Below the pieces are notes generated by a model. That model saw nothing but the letters and a program-made list of their open reading frames with translations, had not been told where the DNA came from and ran no database searches. A DNA stretch of 17,178 nucleotides from contig BTVV01000131.1 in NCBI GenBank assembly GCA_045863855.1, positions 1 through 17,178 on the forward strand, in the 5' to 3' direction. Every line of letters starts with the position of its first letter. Position 1 is the stretch's first letter. The stretch comes from Planctomycetota bacterium (GTDB taxonomy: Bacteria > Planctomycetota > SZUA-567 > H5-PLA8). This document shows, one piece after another, positions 1 through 7,807 of the stretch. The position numbers were made by a program, and so were the translations under genes.

Positions 1-34
1 CTTCGCGCATCGCCGAAATCGGTGGTCTTCGCGT

Positions 35-1189
35 TCAAGGCGGAATTCCGAAACGCTTGCGCTTTTCCTTGAGATAATAGACATAATCCTCCAGTCGAAC
101 ATCCGGTGGGCAGCGGTGATCCACGTGCGGAAGAAAGCCGCCTTGTTCGACCAGGGGCTGCAGACGGTCCAGTTCGGCGGCAATGGCTCTCTTTCCTTTG
201 AGTAGCTGCATTTTGTCCACACCTCCGCAAAGGAGAATATCTTTGCCGAATCGCTTTCTAAGCGCGACGGGGTCGCTTCCCGCGTGAACTTCCAAGGGAA
301 ACATCACATTCACGCCAACTTCAAGCCACATAGGCGCAAGCATGTTTATGTCGCCATCGCAATCCACCAGTACGACATCCACACCGTACTTGCGCAACAA
401 ACTCGTGATCCTCTGATAGCGCGGCACCATCATGCTCCTAAAGTCGGCGGGCGATATCATGGGACCGTCGTTGAAGCACATATCCTCCCAGAAGTGCGCG
501 AAATCGAATTCCAGCAAGGGGAGCACCTTTTCCATGACCGAGCACACGAGCACAGTGATATGCTCCATCATATCTTCGATCAGGCCGGGTTCGTCCTTCA
601 CGGCCATACAGGCATTCTCGAAACCCATCCAGTTTCTAATCCACCCGAATAGACTGCCCACGTTGACACCCAGCGCATAGTCGCGGCGCCTGAATCGGCG
701 CACGCATTCGTCCAGGCGATCGGGCATGCGAAAAGGGTCATGTGGATCGAGTCGCGTCTTGAAAGAGTTCCAGTCTTCCTGCGTTTCGACGGGAAACTTG
801 AGATAATGCGGAATCGTCGAGTGGCCGTCTTTGGGAATCTCGCAAAGTACGCCGCTGCCATCTAGGACGACTCTGGTCTTCTCGCGCTCTTCGATGACTT
901 GTGGCTGAAATCCCGGCCGCATGCCAACGTTTGCCGGAAAGCAGAGCCGTTGCTCAAGGCCGAAATACAATTCGCCTTTGGCAATGGAGTCCACCCAGCA
1001 AGGCAGTCCTTGATCCTGCCAGACGTCGAAATTCTCTTCCCACCAGCCGAATTCGTAATCGGGCAGATGATCCACCGGGGCGCCCTTCCAGAACCGGCGC
1101 CAGCGTTCCCGTGAGTCCAGGGTGCCTTTGCGAGGGATACCGTGGGGACCTTGCAACTCGATGGGTTTCGCGCACGCCGCAGTAGTCAT
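35..1189 (-). CDS. Uroporphyrinogen decarboxylase/MtaA-superfamily protein (putative corrinoid methyltransferase, MT-I type), 384 aa
   Basis: Family motifs SRERW.., KFPVETQEDW, GSLFGWIRNWMGFEN, FWEDMCFNDGPMISP, VDCDG, LCGGVDK and HVDHRCPPDV. Start moved from 1216 to ATG 1189, which has a GAGGAAAGGA RBS. Lacks the HemE MRQAGR motif. Confidence 0.85.
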   Translation of the reverse strand: MTTAACAKPIELQGPHGIPRKGTLDSRERWRRFWKGAPVDHLPDYEFGWWEENFDVWQDQGLPCWVDSIAKGELYFGLEQRLCFPANVGMRPGFQPQVIEEREKTRVVLDGSGVLCEIPKDGHSTIPHYLKFPVETQEDWNSFKTRLDPHDPFRMPDRLDECVRRFRRRDYALGVNVGSLFGWIRNWMGFENACMAVKDEPGLIEDMMEHITVLVCSVMEKVLPLLEFDFAHFWEDMCFNDGPMISPADFRSMMVPRYQRITSLLRKYGVDVVLVDCDGDINMLAPMWLEVGVNVMFPLEVHAGSDPVALRKRFGKDILLCGGVDKMQLLKGKRAIAAELDRLQPLVEQGGFLPHVDHRCPPDVRLEDYVYYLKEKRKRFGIPP

Positions 1190-1209
1190 GAGTGAATCCT
1201 TTCCTCTAA

Positions 1210-1227
1210 TCGGCACTTGTGTGCCGA
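1210..1227. other. Intergenic stem-loop (TCGGCAC-ttgt-GTGCCGA)
   Basis: Perfect 7-bp inverted repeat with a 4-nt loop, just upstream of the RBS of the 1189 gene. There is no U-tract after it on the minus strand, so its function is unknown. Confidence 0.45.
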
Positions 1228-1251
1228 AAACTCCGTCTTGAAGGCTATGAT

Positions 1252-2301
1252 CTAAGGACCGTCAGCTTCCAGGCTCCCAGAGGGTTCGTCTGCTCTATGT
1301 TCTCGGGCGTACCGTTGCATCGCTCGTAGGTTTTCGACCGGCGTATCCCGAGGCACTTCACATCCCGCGCTTACGATGTAACGGGATCCCGCTTTGCGGT
1401 GGCAAGCTTCGACGGCCCGTTCGATGCCCGCGGGATCTCCATGAAACAACGTACGTACGGGGTCAATGTTGCCGAGCAAGACCTGCCCGGGACCCATGGC
1501 CTTGCGAGCTTCGTTCATGGGTGACAGCGAATCCAGATCCACGACATCGCACCCCAGCGCTCCGAAACGCTTAAGCAGCGAACGTGTCGCGCCACAAACA
1601 TGCAGGCGCACCCGAGCGCCCATAGCCTTGATCGCGTCCACCATTCTTTTCTCGTAAGGCCAAACAAATTCAGCGTACGTGCGGAGGCCGACCAGAGAAG
1701 CCGCCGCGTCGCCGATACCGATCATTTCGGCGCCGGCAAGAATCTGTGCGCGCGCGAAACGAAGCTCTAGGTCCAGCACGAACTCGAACAAATCCGCGAT
1801 GAAGCCGAGATCGTCGTAAAAATCCAACATGATGGAGTTGAGTCCGCGCAGGTCGGCGGCCTGCGCGATGGGGCCTTCGATCCATCCTTCGATCAATTTC
1901 TCCCGCCCCACCTTGCTACGGTAGAGTTCCAAGGCCTGGAGCCGGTTGCGCATACGCGGGCCCTGGTCGGGTTCGGGAACGCGAAGACGGGACAGTTTGC
2001 CTTTGTCGGCCAATAGCGCGCACGACTCGTCCAGAGCCGGCGGCTGGTCGGGGAAGAAGCGGACCTGTGCGCCGCAGTCCGCCGCCTCGCCCGCGGGATC
2101 CGACATCGTGTTGACGTAGTCCACTTCGAAGGATTCGGCGAAGCGCAGTTGCCCATCCACCAGCGCGCGATAATCCGTCGCGTAGGACAGGTACGGAATT
2201 CCGGCCTGTTTGGCGGCGAATGTCATGGATATCGGCATGAAGGGCAGCCGGTCTACCGGTCTACCGTCCAAGGTCGCCAGAATGCGTTCTCGCCCGGTCA
2301 C
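1252..2301 (-). CDS. MtaA/CmuA-type methylcobamide methyltransferase (UroD superfamily) with Zn motif H-x-C...C, 349 aa
   Basis: Motifs TGRERILATLDGRPVDRLP, EAADCGAQVRF, EGPIAQAADLRG, IGIGDAAAS, LHVCG, LLGNIDP and SAGCEVP. GTG start at 2301 has an AAGGAGG RBS and a GTGA overlap with the upstream stop at 2298-2300. Confidence 0.85.
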   Translation of the reverse strand: MTGRERILATLDGRPVDRLPFMPISMTFAAKQAGIPYLSYATDYRALVDGQLRFAESFEVDYVNTMSDPAGEAADCGAQVRFFPDQPPALDESCALLADKGKLSRLRVPEPDQGPRMRNRLQALELYRSKVGREKLIEGWIEGPIAQAADLRGLNSIMLDFYDDLGFIADLFEFVLDLELRFARAQILAGAEMIGIGDAAASLVGLRTYAEFVWPYEKRMVDAIKAMGARVRLHVCGATRSLLKRFGALGCDVVDLDSLSPMNEARKAMGPGQVLLGNIDPVRTLFHGDPAGIERAVEACHRKAGSRYIVSAGCEVPRDTPVENLRAMQRYAREHRADEPSGSLEADGP

Positions 2302-3395
2302 GGTGACCCTCCTTGCGCCAAGCGAGTCGTCGTTGCGCGGCGGCGAGGCGGAGTCCCGTATTCCCGAACGGTGCGATAGAGCGCCAGTATATTGGCTGTG
2401 GGGGTATTGGGCTGAATGTTGTGGCAAGGAGCGCAAATATAGCCGCGGCCTGGAGAGAACAGCTCGATATTCTCAAGCACCTCTTGTCGCACGTCCTCTT
2501 CCGTTCCGAAGGGAAGCGTTTCCTGGTTGTCCACGGCGCCGTGGAACACGGCCCTTTCGCCGAAGTCGCGCGCCAACCCATCCCGCGCCATTCCTTTGCA
2601 CCGCCACTGGATGGGGTTGAGTACGTCCACGCCCAGATCTAGCAGTTCAGGCAACAAAGGACGAATGGCGCCGTCGTCGTGATGGAATACTTTCACGCCG
2701 TAACCGTGAACCAACTCGATCATCTTCGCCATGCGGGGCTTGATGAAGCGGCGAAATGCCGCGGGACTCATCAGGAGAGAATCCTGACTACCCAGATCTT
2801 CGGCGACGTAGATGAAATCAATAAGATCTCCGGCGGCGTCCAATGTGCGCCGTACAATGTCCTCGTGAATGTCGTAGATGATCTGCAAGGCGGTTTCGGC
2901 CAGTTCGGGATGGCTTACGAGATCCTCGAATGCCCGCTCCATTCCGCGCAGGCTGCAGTACAAGAGGAACGGCTCGTAGCTTCCCCCAATTCGCGGATGA
3001 TCGGGCCAGTCTTCGCACGCCTTGCGCACGCCACTGACATCCCACCAAGTCGGGTTAGGCCAAGGGTACGATCGGATCTCCTCCACGGTTCTGGCCTCTC
3101 CCAAGGGATGGGAGACACTTTCTTGGTAAACGCCGATTCCGCCGCCGTAGGCGATAGAAGTCTTTTGTATTCCCCAAACGGAGGTGTGGGCGCGGCCCGG
3201 GCGCGGATCGCGCAGCGCGGCTCCGGCATGTATGGATTTGTCCACCTCCAGCTTGGCCCAAAGCGACCTGGCGTCGGGGCAGTCTAGTTCTCGCAACAGC
3301 CGTTCGGTCACCTCACCTGTCGCCCAGTAGTCCGTGGGAACGCGATCAGGGCGCTCGCCGCTCAGGACCGCCAGCCAGCGTTCTCTCGACGTCAT
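2298..3395 (-). CDS. UroD/MtaA-superfamily protein (putative corrinoid methyltransferase), 365 aa
   Basis: N-terminus MTSRERWLAVLSGERPDRVP, then LRGMERAFEDL, VAEDLGSQDSLLMSP, HHDDG, LNPIQW, FHGAVDNQ and APCHNIQPNTP. ATG 3395 has a GGAGG RBS and an ATGA overlap with the upstream stop. Confidence 0.88.
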   Translation of the reverse strand: MTSRERWLAVLSGERPDRVPTDYWATGEVTERLLRELDCPDARSLWAKLEVDKSIHAGAALRDPRPGRAHTSVWGIQKTSIAYGGGIGVYQESVSHPLGEARTVEEIRSYPWPNPTWWDVSGVRKACEDWPDHPRIGGSYEPFLLYCSLRGMERAFEDLVSHPELAETALQIIYDIHEDIVRRTLDAAGDLIDFIYVAEDLGSQDSLLMSPAAFRRFIKPRMAKMIELVHGYGVKVFHHDDGAIRPLLPELLDLGVDVLNPIQWRCKGMARDGLARDFGERAVFHGAVDNQETLPFGTEEDVRQEVLENIELFSPGRGYICAPCHNIQPNTPTANILALYRTVREYGTPPRRRATTTRLAQGGSP

Positions 3396-4420
3396 GAGGC
3401 TTCCTCCACCGTGTGCTCGTCGGGCCGAACGCCCTCGTGTCTCCAGACGTCGAGCATCCGCTCGTATCGTTCGAGGCGCATGCCTGTGTAGATACAATTG
3501 CTCGTTGAGAAGACATATCCGGGCGAGCGAAGGCCGTGCCGAAGGGCGTACCGGACCGAGTCGAGGCATTCCTCTTCGGCTCCCGTGTCGAGCAGTCCGC
3601 AGTTGACGTTGCCGATCAGGCAGACCCGATCCGACGCCAAGCGGACCAATTCTGCCAAATCCACCCCCCCTTGGGGGTCTAGGGAATGCAGAGCATGCGG
3701 CCGGGCATCCAGAAGGTCGTCGAGGATAGGCATGATGTTGCCGTCGGTATGTTTGATCGTATAGAAGCCCAACTCGCGATACCCTGCCACAAGCTGTTTG
3801 AGATACGGGGTGATGAATTCGCCGAACATCTCGGGTCTGAGAAACGGTCCGGAGTTGAAGCAGTAATCGCTGCACAACCCGAATCCGTCCAGGCCCCCGT
3901 GGTCGCGCATCCGGGCAGCCCGCGCCAGCGCTTCATCCACGCGCTGCTGGGACTCGTCCTTGACCTTGTCGGGTTCCTCGTACAACCGGCAAGCGTATTC
4001 CGTCATGCGGTCGCCATGTGGGATGCTGCTGGTGGCATCGCCATGCATGAGCAGAAAGTACCGTTCGCCTCCGGCCGTTCGCAGTCCGTCCACAAGCCGG
4101 AAAACTTCTTCTTCACCGGACGGATTGGGATGGAGAAAGATCGCGTCGTGCTCGAACCGTTCGGCGACCTGCAGGTAGAGTTCGACCATCTCGCGGCGGT
4201 GCAGGCGGCGCTCCGTTTCGGTCATCTGCAGCCACTGGTCGTACCGCCGTTGCGAGAAATGCAGTTTACCGAACGCCTCCATCGTCAGGAAGAAAACCAA
4301 TTCGAAATGCGGAACTCGCCCGGGCAAACGGCGCCGTTCCAGCGCGGCGACGAAACGTTCGCGCGGCGTGTGCCGGGTTGCTTGCGGGGTGCGCATCCCC
4401 GGTCTTAGTGTTTCGGCCAT
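3392..4420 (-). CDS. UroD/MtaA-superfamily protein (putative corrinoid methyltransferase), about 342 aa
   Basis: Motifs TPRERFVAALERR..GRVP, LCSDYCFNSGPFLRP, KHTDGNIMPILDDLL, HSLDPQGGVD, LIGNVNC and STSNCIYTG. Start is uncertain (4420 or 4396). Confidence 0.85.
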   Translation of the reverse strand: MAETLRPGMRTPQATRHTPRERFVAALERRRLPGRVPHFELVFFLTMEAFGKLHFSQRRYDQWLQMTETERRLHRREMVELYLQVAERFEHDAIFLHPNPSGEEEVFRLVDGLRTAGGERYFLLMHGDATSSIPHGDRMTEYACRLYEEPDKVKDESQQRVDEALARAARMRDHGGLDGFGLCSDYCFNSGPFLRPEMFGEFITPYLKQLVAGYRELGFYTIKHTDGNIMPILDDLLDARPHALHSLDPQGGVDLAELVRLASDRVCLIGNVNCGLLDTGAEEECLDSVRYALRHGLRSPGYVFSTSNCIYTGMRLERYERMLDVWRHEGVRPDEHTVEEAS

Positions 4421-4645
4421 TTAGCCACCATTTCGATCAACTTGTCCGCTTCTTCCAACGAGCTGGCATGAAATTGAATCATGACACCTTTCCGGCGGGC
4501 GCGGGTTGCGGTGACCATGAGCGTTGGGCGGTCCAGGATTTCGCCCTCCCACCACGCCGCCATTCGCGCCACTGCCTGTTCGGCGTCAGGCTCCAGGTCT
4601 GACTGAGCCCAATGCGGCTGTTTCAACGCTCGTCACCACTCTCAT
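4405..4645 (-). pseudogene. Probable internally deleted remnant of a UroD-like/corrinoid-associated methyltransferase gene (73-aa ORF 4405..4626)
   Basis: The ORF reads PDAEQAVARMAAWWEGEILDRPTLMVTA, resembling an N-terminus I recall from roughly 350-aa UroD-like proteins. It joins directly to a C-terminus-like segment, RKGVMIQFHASSLEEADKLIEMV. The start codons nearest the AAAAGGA RBS (4645-4637) are in a different frame that stops after about 19 codons. Confidence 0.55.
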
Positions 4646-4654
4646 CCTTTTCGC

Positions 4655-5734
4655 TCATTCGTAACGGCCATACCTGTCCACGCAGAACAGCGCATGACGG
4701 TAGGTGGCCAGCGTGACGCCGGGCGGCACGGAGTGATCGGAGTGGTACACGTACCCTCCATGCTCCTTGGCTGCCGTAACCTTCTCGCGAATCTCGCGTT
4801 CCAGTCCCTCGCGATCGTTGGTCTGGAACAGCCGAGCGTCAATATTGCCCATGAAGGAAAGTCGTGAGCCATAGATGGCTTTCAACTCGCGCACGTCCAT
4901 CCCCGCTTTGACTTCCAAGGGCTGGAGGCAGTCGAAACCCGCGTCAAGCAACTCGGGAAGCAGGCCTTTCAGATTTCCGTCGCTGTGGAGAATCACTTCG
5001 CCGCCGGACGCATGGACCAAGCCGCACAGGCGTTTATGGAAAGGCTTCAGGCGCTCGGCGTACTGCTTCGGGGAGACCATGCTGGCGTTCTTGTAGGCGA
5101 TGTCGCCCCAGAACCACGCTCCGTCGAACTCAATGCCCGCCTCACGAAAAGCCGTCCAAGCGTCTTCGATCTGTCGGGTCTGAACGTCGTAGATATCCTG
5201 GATCCATTCTGGGGATTCGACGTAACCCATAAGATGAGCGGCTGGACCCAAAAGCGGCCAAGTGGCTTCAAAGGGCTCACGGCAGGACAGGACGATGTAA
5301 CGGCCTTCCGCGCGCCACTTCCGGTAAGCGCGCGCGCAGGCTTCCCAATGGACGCGGTTTCGATCGAACACGTAGCGCTCGCGAAAAGTCTGGCGCCAGA
5401 TGTCCGGATCTTTCACGGCAAAATCGAGGTGCTCTCCTGTGGTCTGGCTATTCTTGAGTTCGCGAATTGTGGCGCCGTTCGCATCTCGGTACACGATCGA
5501 GCACCCGTCCTCGCTGACTACGGTGCGCGGTAACCGCGCGGTCCAATCGAACGAAAGCACGCGGAGGTCGAAATCGAAGAGATCGTTAAGGTCCGCATCG
5601 GGCGGGGTGCCGGCCTGAGTGCGCAGGTCTCGTGCCGCGTCGCGCCAGAAGTGATCGAAGCGCGGGACGCGGTCTGGTTGGCGTCTGCGCAGCGTTCTCC
5701 GCACGCGCTCACGTGAATCCAGAACGGCGGTCAT
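4655..5734 (-). CDS. UroD/MtaA-superfamily protein (putative corrinoid methyltransferase), 359 aa
   Basis: Motifs SRERVRRTLRRRQPDRVP, FWGDIAYKNASMVSP, LHSDGNL, LQPLEVKAGMD, FMGNID and YHSDHSVPPG. ATG 5734 has an ATGA overlap with the DUF1638 stop and a GGAG RBS. Confidence 0.88.
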   Translation of the reverse strand: MTAVLDSRERVRRTLRRRQPDRVPRFDHFWRDAARDLRTQAGTPPDADLNDLFDFDLRVLSFDWTARLPRTVVSEDGCSIVYRDANGATIRELKNSQTTGEHLDFAVKDPDIWRQTFRERYVFDRNRVHWEACARAYRKWRAEGRYIVLSCREPFEATWPLLGPAAHLMGYVESPEWIQDIYDVQTRQIEDAWTAFREAGIEFDGAWFWGDIAYKNASMVSPKQYAERLKPFHKRLCGLVHASGGEVILHSDGNLKGLLPELLDAGFDCLQPLEVKAGMDVRELKAIYGSRLSFMGNIDARLFQTNDREGLEREIREKVTAAKEHGGYVYHSDHSVPPGVTLATYRHALFCVDRYGRYE

Positions 5735-6504
5735 GAGGATGCTCCATGATCGGGCGCCGCCGGCCGCGCCTCGACGACCCGTTCGTCGTAAGACGGCTGG
5801 AGTGTGCATCCCGGTGCAACGACCAAATACCGGTCGCCGGGCCATTCAGGACCGTCCACCAGACCTTGAAACAAGCTCAATTCGCCGGACCATTCCTCGA
5901 AACCGAGATCTCGCCGCTCCGCCTCCCGGCGCGTATGGGCACGCAGCGACTCGACATCGCCTAACCCTAAATTGATGAAGACTATGCGGCCGTACCGGTC
6001 CTTCCAATGCCCCATCGCTTCCATCAGATACTCGGCATTTTCCTCTCCAAAACGCTCGACGTAGTTCCGGTAATTGGCGTCGCTGGGATGTGCGCCTTTG
6101 ACGCGGGTCGGGAGCGTTTCGATCGAGCGTCGGGCGCGTTCGATCCAACCGCTCGTCAGGTAGTAGCTGCCTGGATGCTCGGCAAACACGCGGGCATAGC
6201 GTTCCTTGGAGCCTAGGAACATCGTTATGCAGTCGTGCGCGCGCGTCACGACCACGGGTGTTCGCCCCGCCCGTACGCCCGCGATGCCGTTATTGCACAA
6301 GCCATAGCCGAGCAGCAGCGCGTCGTAGCCCGCCTCGTCCACCGCGTCGAGACGGCTCTGCAGATCTTGAGCCATGGACGCCGCGCGTTTGTCGTGAAGC
6401 CCTTGCGGCACAAAGATCGCGTCCACCGTATTTGGCGTGCGGGCCAGTGCCGCGCAGAATTCGCGATGGAAGACCTCGCAGGCGATGAGACAGTGACGCG
6501 CCAC
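5731..6504 (-). CDS. DUF1638 domain-containing protein, 257 aa
   Basis: Motifs LIACEVF..E, QGLH, LLGYGLCNNG, HDCITMFLGS and YYLTSGW. GTG start with a GAGGG RBS. The family is typically found beside corrinoid methyltransferase genes. Confidence 0.8.
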   Translation of the reverse strand: MARHCLIACEVFHREFCAALARTPNTVDAIFVPQGLHDKRAASMAQDLQSRLDAVDEAGYDALLLGYGLCNNGIAGVRAGRTPVVVTRAHDCITMFLGSKERYARVFAEHPGSYYLTSGWIERARRSIETLPTRVKGAHPSDANYRNYVERFGEENAEYLMEAMGHWKDRYGRIVFINLGLGDVESLRAHTRREAERRDLGFEEWSGELSLFQGLVDGPEWPGDRYLVVAPGCTLQPSYDERVVEARPAAPDHGASS

Positions 6505-6523
6505 GACTCGTTCCCTCGGTTGT

Positions 6524-7807
6524 TCACGTCTCGCGATGGGCGGGCCGAAGGCCGTAGCCTTCCGCCTCCGGATCCGTCACGAGCCAAGGCATTCGCGCTG
6601 CCGCGACGCGACCGTCGCGTGCCACCCAGCGAATACGGTTCAGCGCGCTCACGTCGCGCTCCAGTGGGCCGTCCACGGCGATGAAATCCGCAGGACGGCC
6701 AGGCGTCAGCTTGCCGCAGGTCTCGCCCAACCCCAGTCCGCTCGCGGCCTGAGCAGTGCCCATGCGCAGCAGATCCGGAGGCTCGATCCCGGCTTCCTGC
6801 ATCAACCGGAGTTCCTGCCACAGCCCGCCGCCGTGACCTACTCCGGGACCGCCCGCATCCGATCCGGGCAGGATGTTCGCACCCAGTCCGTGCGCGAAGC
6901 GGAGCATGCGCGCATGCTCGTCCAGGATCTTTCGCAAGCGTTCGCGAACTTCTGCGCTCCAGCCGCAGCACTCGGCGCGGAGCCACTGTGCATGGACGGG
7001 CGCGAATGTGGGCGTCCACGCCAGCCGTCGCCGCGCCAATTCTTCCATCGTCTTCGCGCCGATGAAGTAGCCGTGTTCGATAAAATCCACTCCTGCTTCC
7101 ACTGCCCGACGCACGCCTTCTTCTCCGCTGGCGTGCGCCGCAATTCGCTTTCCAAGTTCGTGCGCCAACTCGACAGCGGCTTTTAAGTCGTCCGCTTCCC
7201 AGGGGGGAGCGGACGACACGCCGCCCTGTTTGAAGTTGATGATCCCGGTAGCCACCAGCTTGATCAAATGGACGCGCGGATCGGCGCATAGTGCGCGGAC
7301 GCGCCGCAAGAGTTCGGGGCGATCCCGGCACGGGCAGCCGATGAAACGGCCGTACCGGCCTTCCCGATATAGGCCAGGCCCTGAAGCGACCAGGCGAGGC
7401 AGGTCCGCCGCCTCCGAGGTCCACTCGAGTGCCGACAGACTGATGCCCAACGGATCGCCTAAGTCCCGCAGCACGCCGACGCCGGCGTGGAAGGCCTGCG
7501 TGAGACGCTCCCGCGCGCGGGCAAGATCCTCGGGTCCGGCGGCGGTCGCAGGCGATTCGCGCGCCTCCGGGTCCAACGGCCAGGGCTCGAAGTAGAGATG
7601 CACGTGGGCGTCCACTAGAGGAGGCAACACGCGTAATCCGCGCAAGTCGAAGCTTTCTTCCCGCTCTCTCGGGATTTCCTGAAGGGGCCCCACCGAAACG
7701 ATCATGCCCTCCCGAACCTCGATGCGCCGGGGCGCAAACGTGCCGGTTTCCGGATCAAGGACCCGATCGCTGAACACGACGTACGAATTCCGGAGCGGAG
7801 GAGTCAT
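6524..7807 (-). CDS. Metal-dependent amidohydrolase (Xaa-Pro dipeptidase/HutI-like subgroup), 427 aa
   Basis: Motifs FDLRGLRVLPPLVDAHVH (HxH), LRDLG, IKLVATG (candidate carboxy-Lys), AAHA, IEHG, GSDAG and GKLTPGRPADFI. ATG 7807 has an AGGAGG RBS and an ATGA overlap. Confidence 0.88.
   Translation of the reverse strand: MTPPLRNSYVVFSDRVLDPETGTFAPRRIEVREGMIVSVGPLQEIPREREESFDLRGLRVLPPLVDAHVHLYFEPWPLDPEARESPATAAGPEDLARARERLTQAFHAGVGVLRDLGDPLGISLSALEWTSEAADLPRLVASGPGLYREGRYGRFIGCPCRDRPELLRRVRALCADPRVHLIKLVATGIINFKQGGVSSAPPWEADDLKAAVELAHELGKRIAAHASGEEGVRRAVEAGVDFIEHGYFIGAKTMEELARRRLAWTPTFAPVHAQWLRAECCGWSAEVRERLRKILDEHARMLRFAHGLGANILPGSDAGGPGVGHGGGLWQELRLMQEAGIEPPDLLRMGTAQAASGLGLGETCGKLTPGRPADFIAVDGPLERDVSALNRIRWVARDGRVAAARMPWLVTDPEAEGYGLRPAHRET

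Noticed and set aside
1..38. Possible start of a further minus-strand gene (TTGA overlap at 35-38, or ATG at 10)
   Set aside because: Too little sequence to support a call, although the operon probably continues past the edge.
3661..3678. C7-TT-G5 hairpin-like run, and the A-run at about 13851
   Set aside because: Both lie inside intact reading frames (DPQGGVD and DKKR) and are explained by coding.
3396..3875. Long N-terminal extensions in the ORF track (2436, 3875, 5845, 7849, 8793 and 10907 starts)
   Set aside because: Most overlap upstream genes and all have non-family sequence. The downstream starts have RBSs, family-typical N-termini and in most cases stop/start overlaps.
35..5734. Annotating the UroD-family genes as hemE (heme biosynthesis)
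   Set aside because: None has the HemE MRQAGR motif, there are no hem genes nearby, and the context is corrinoid methyl transfer.
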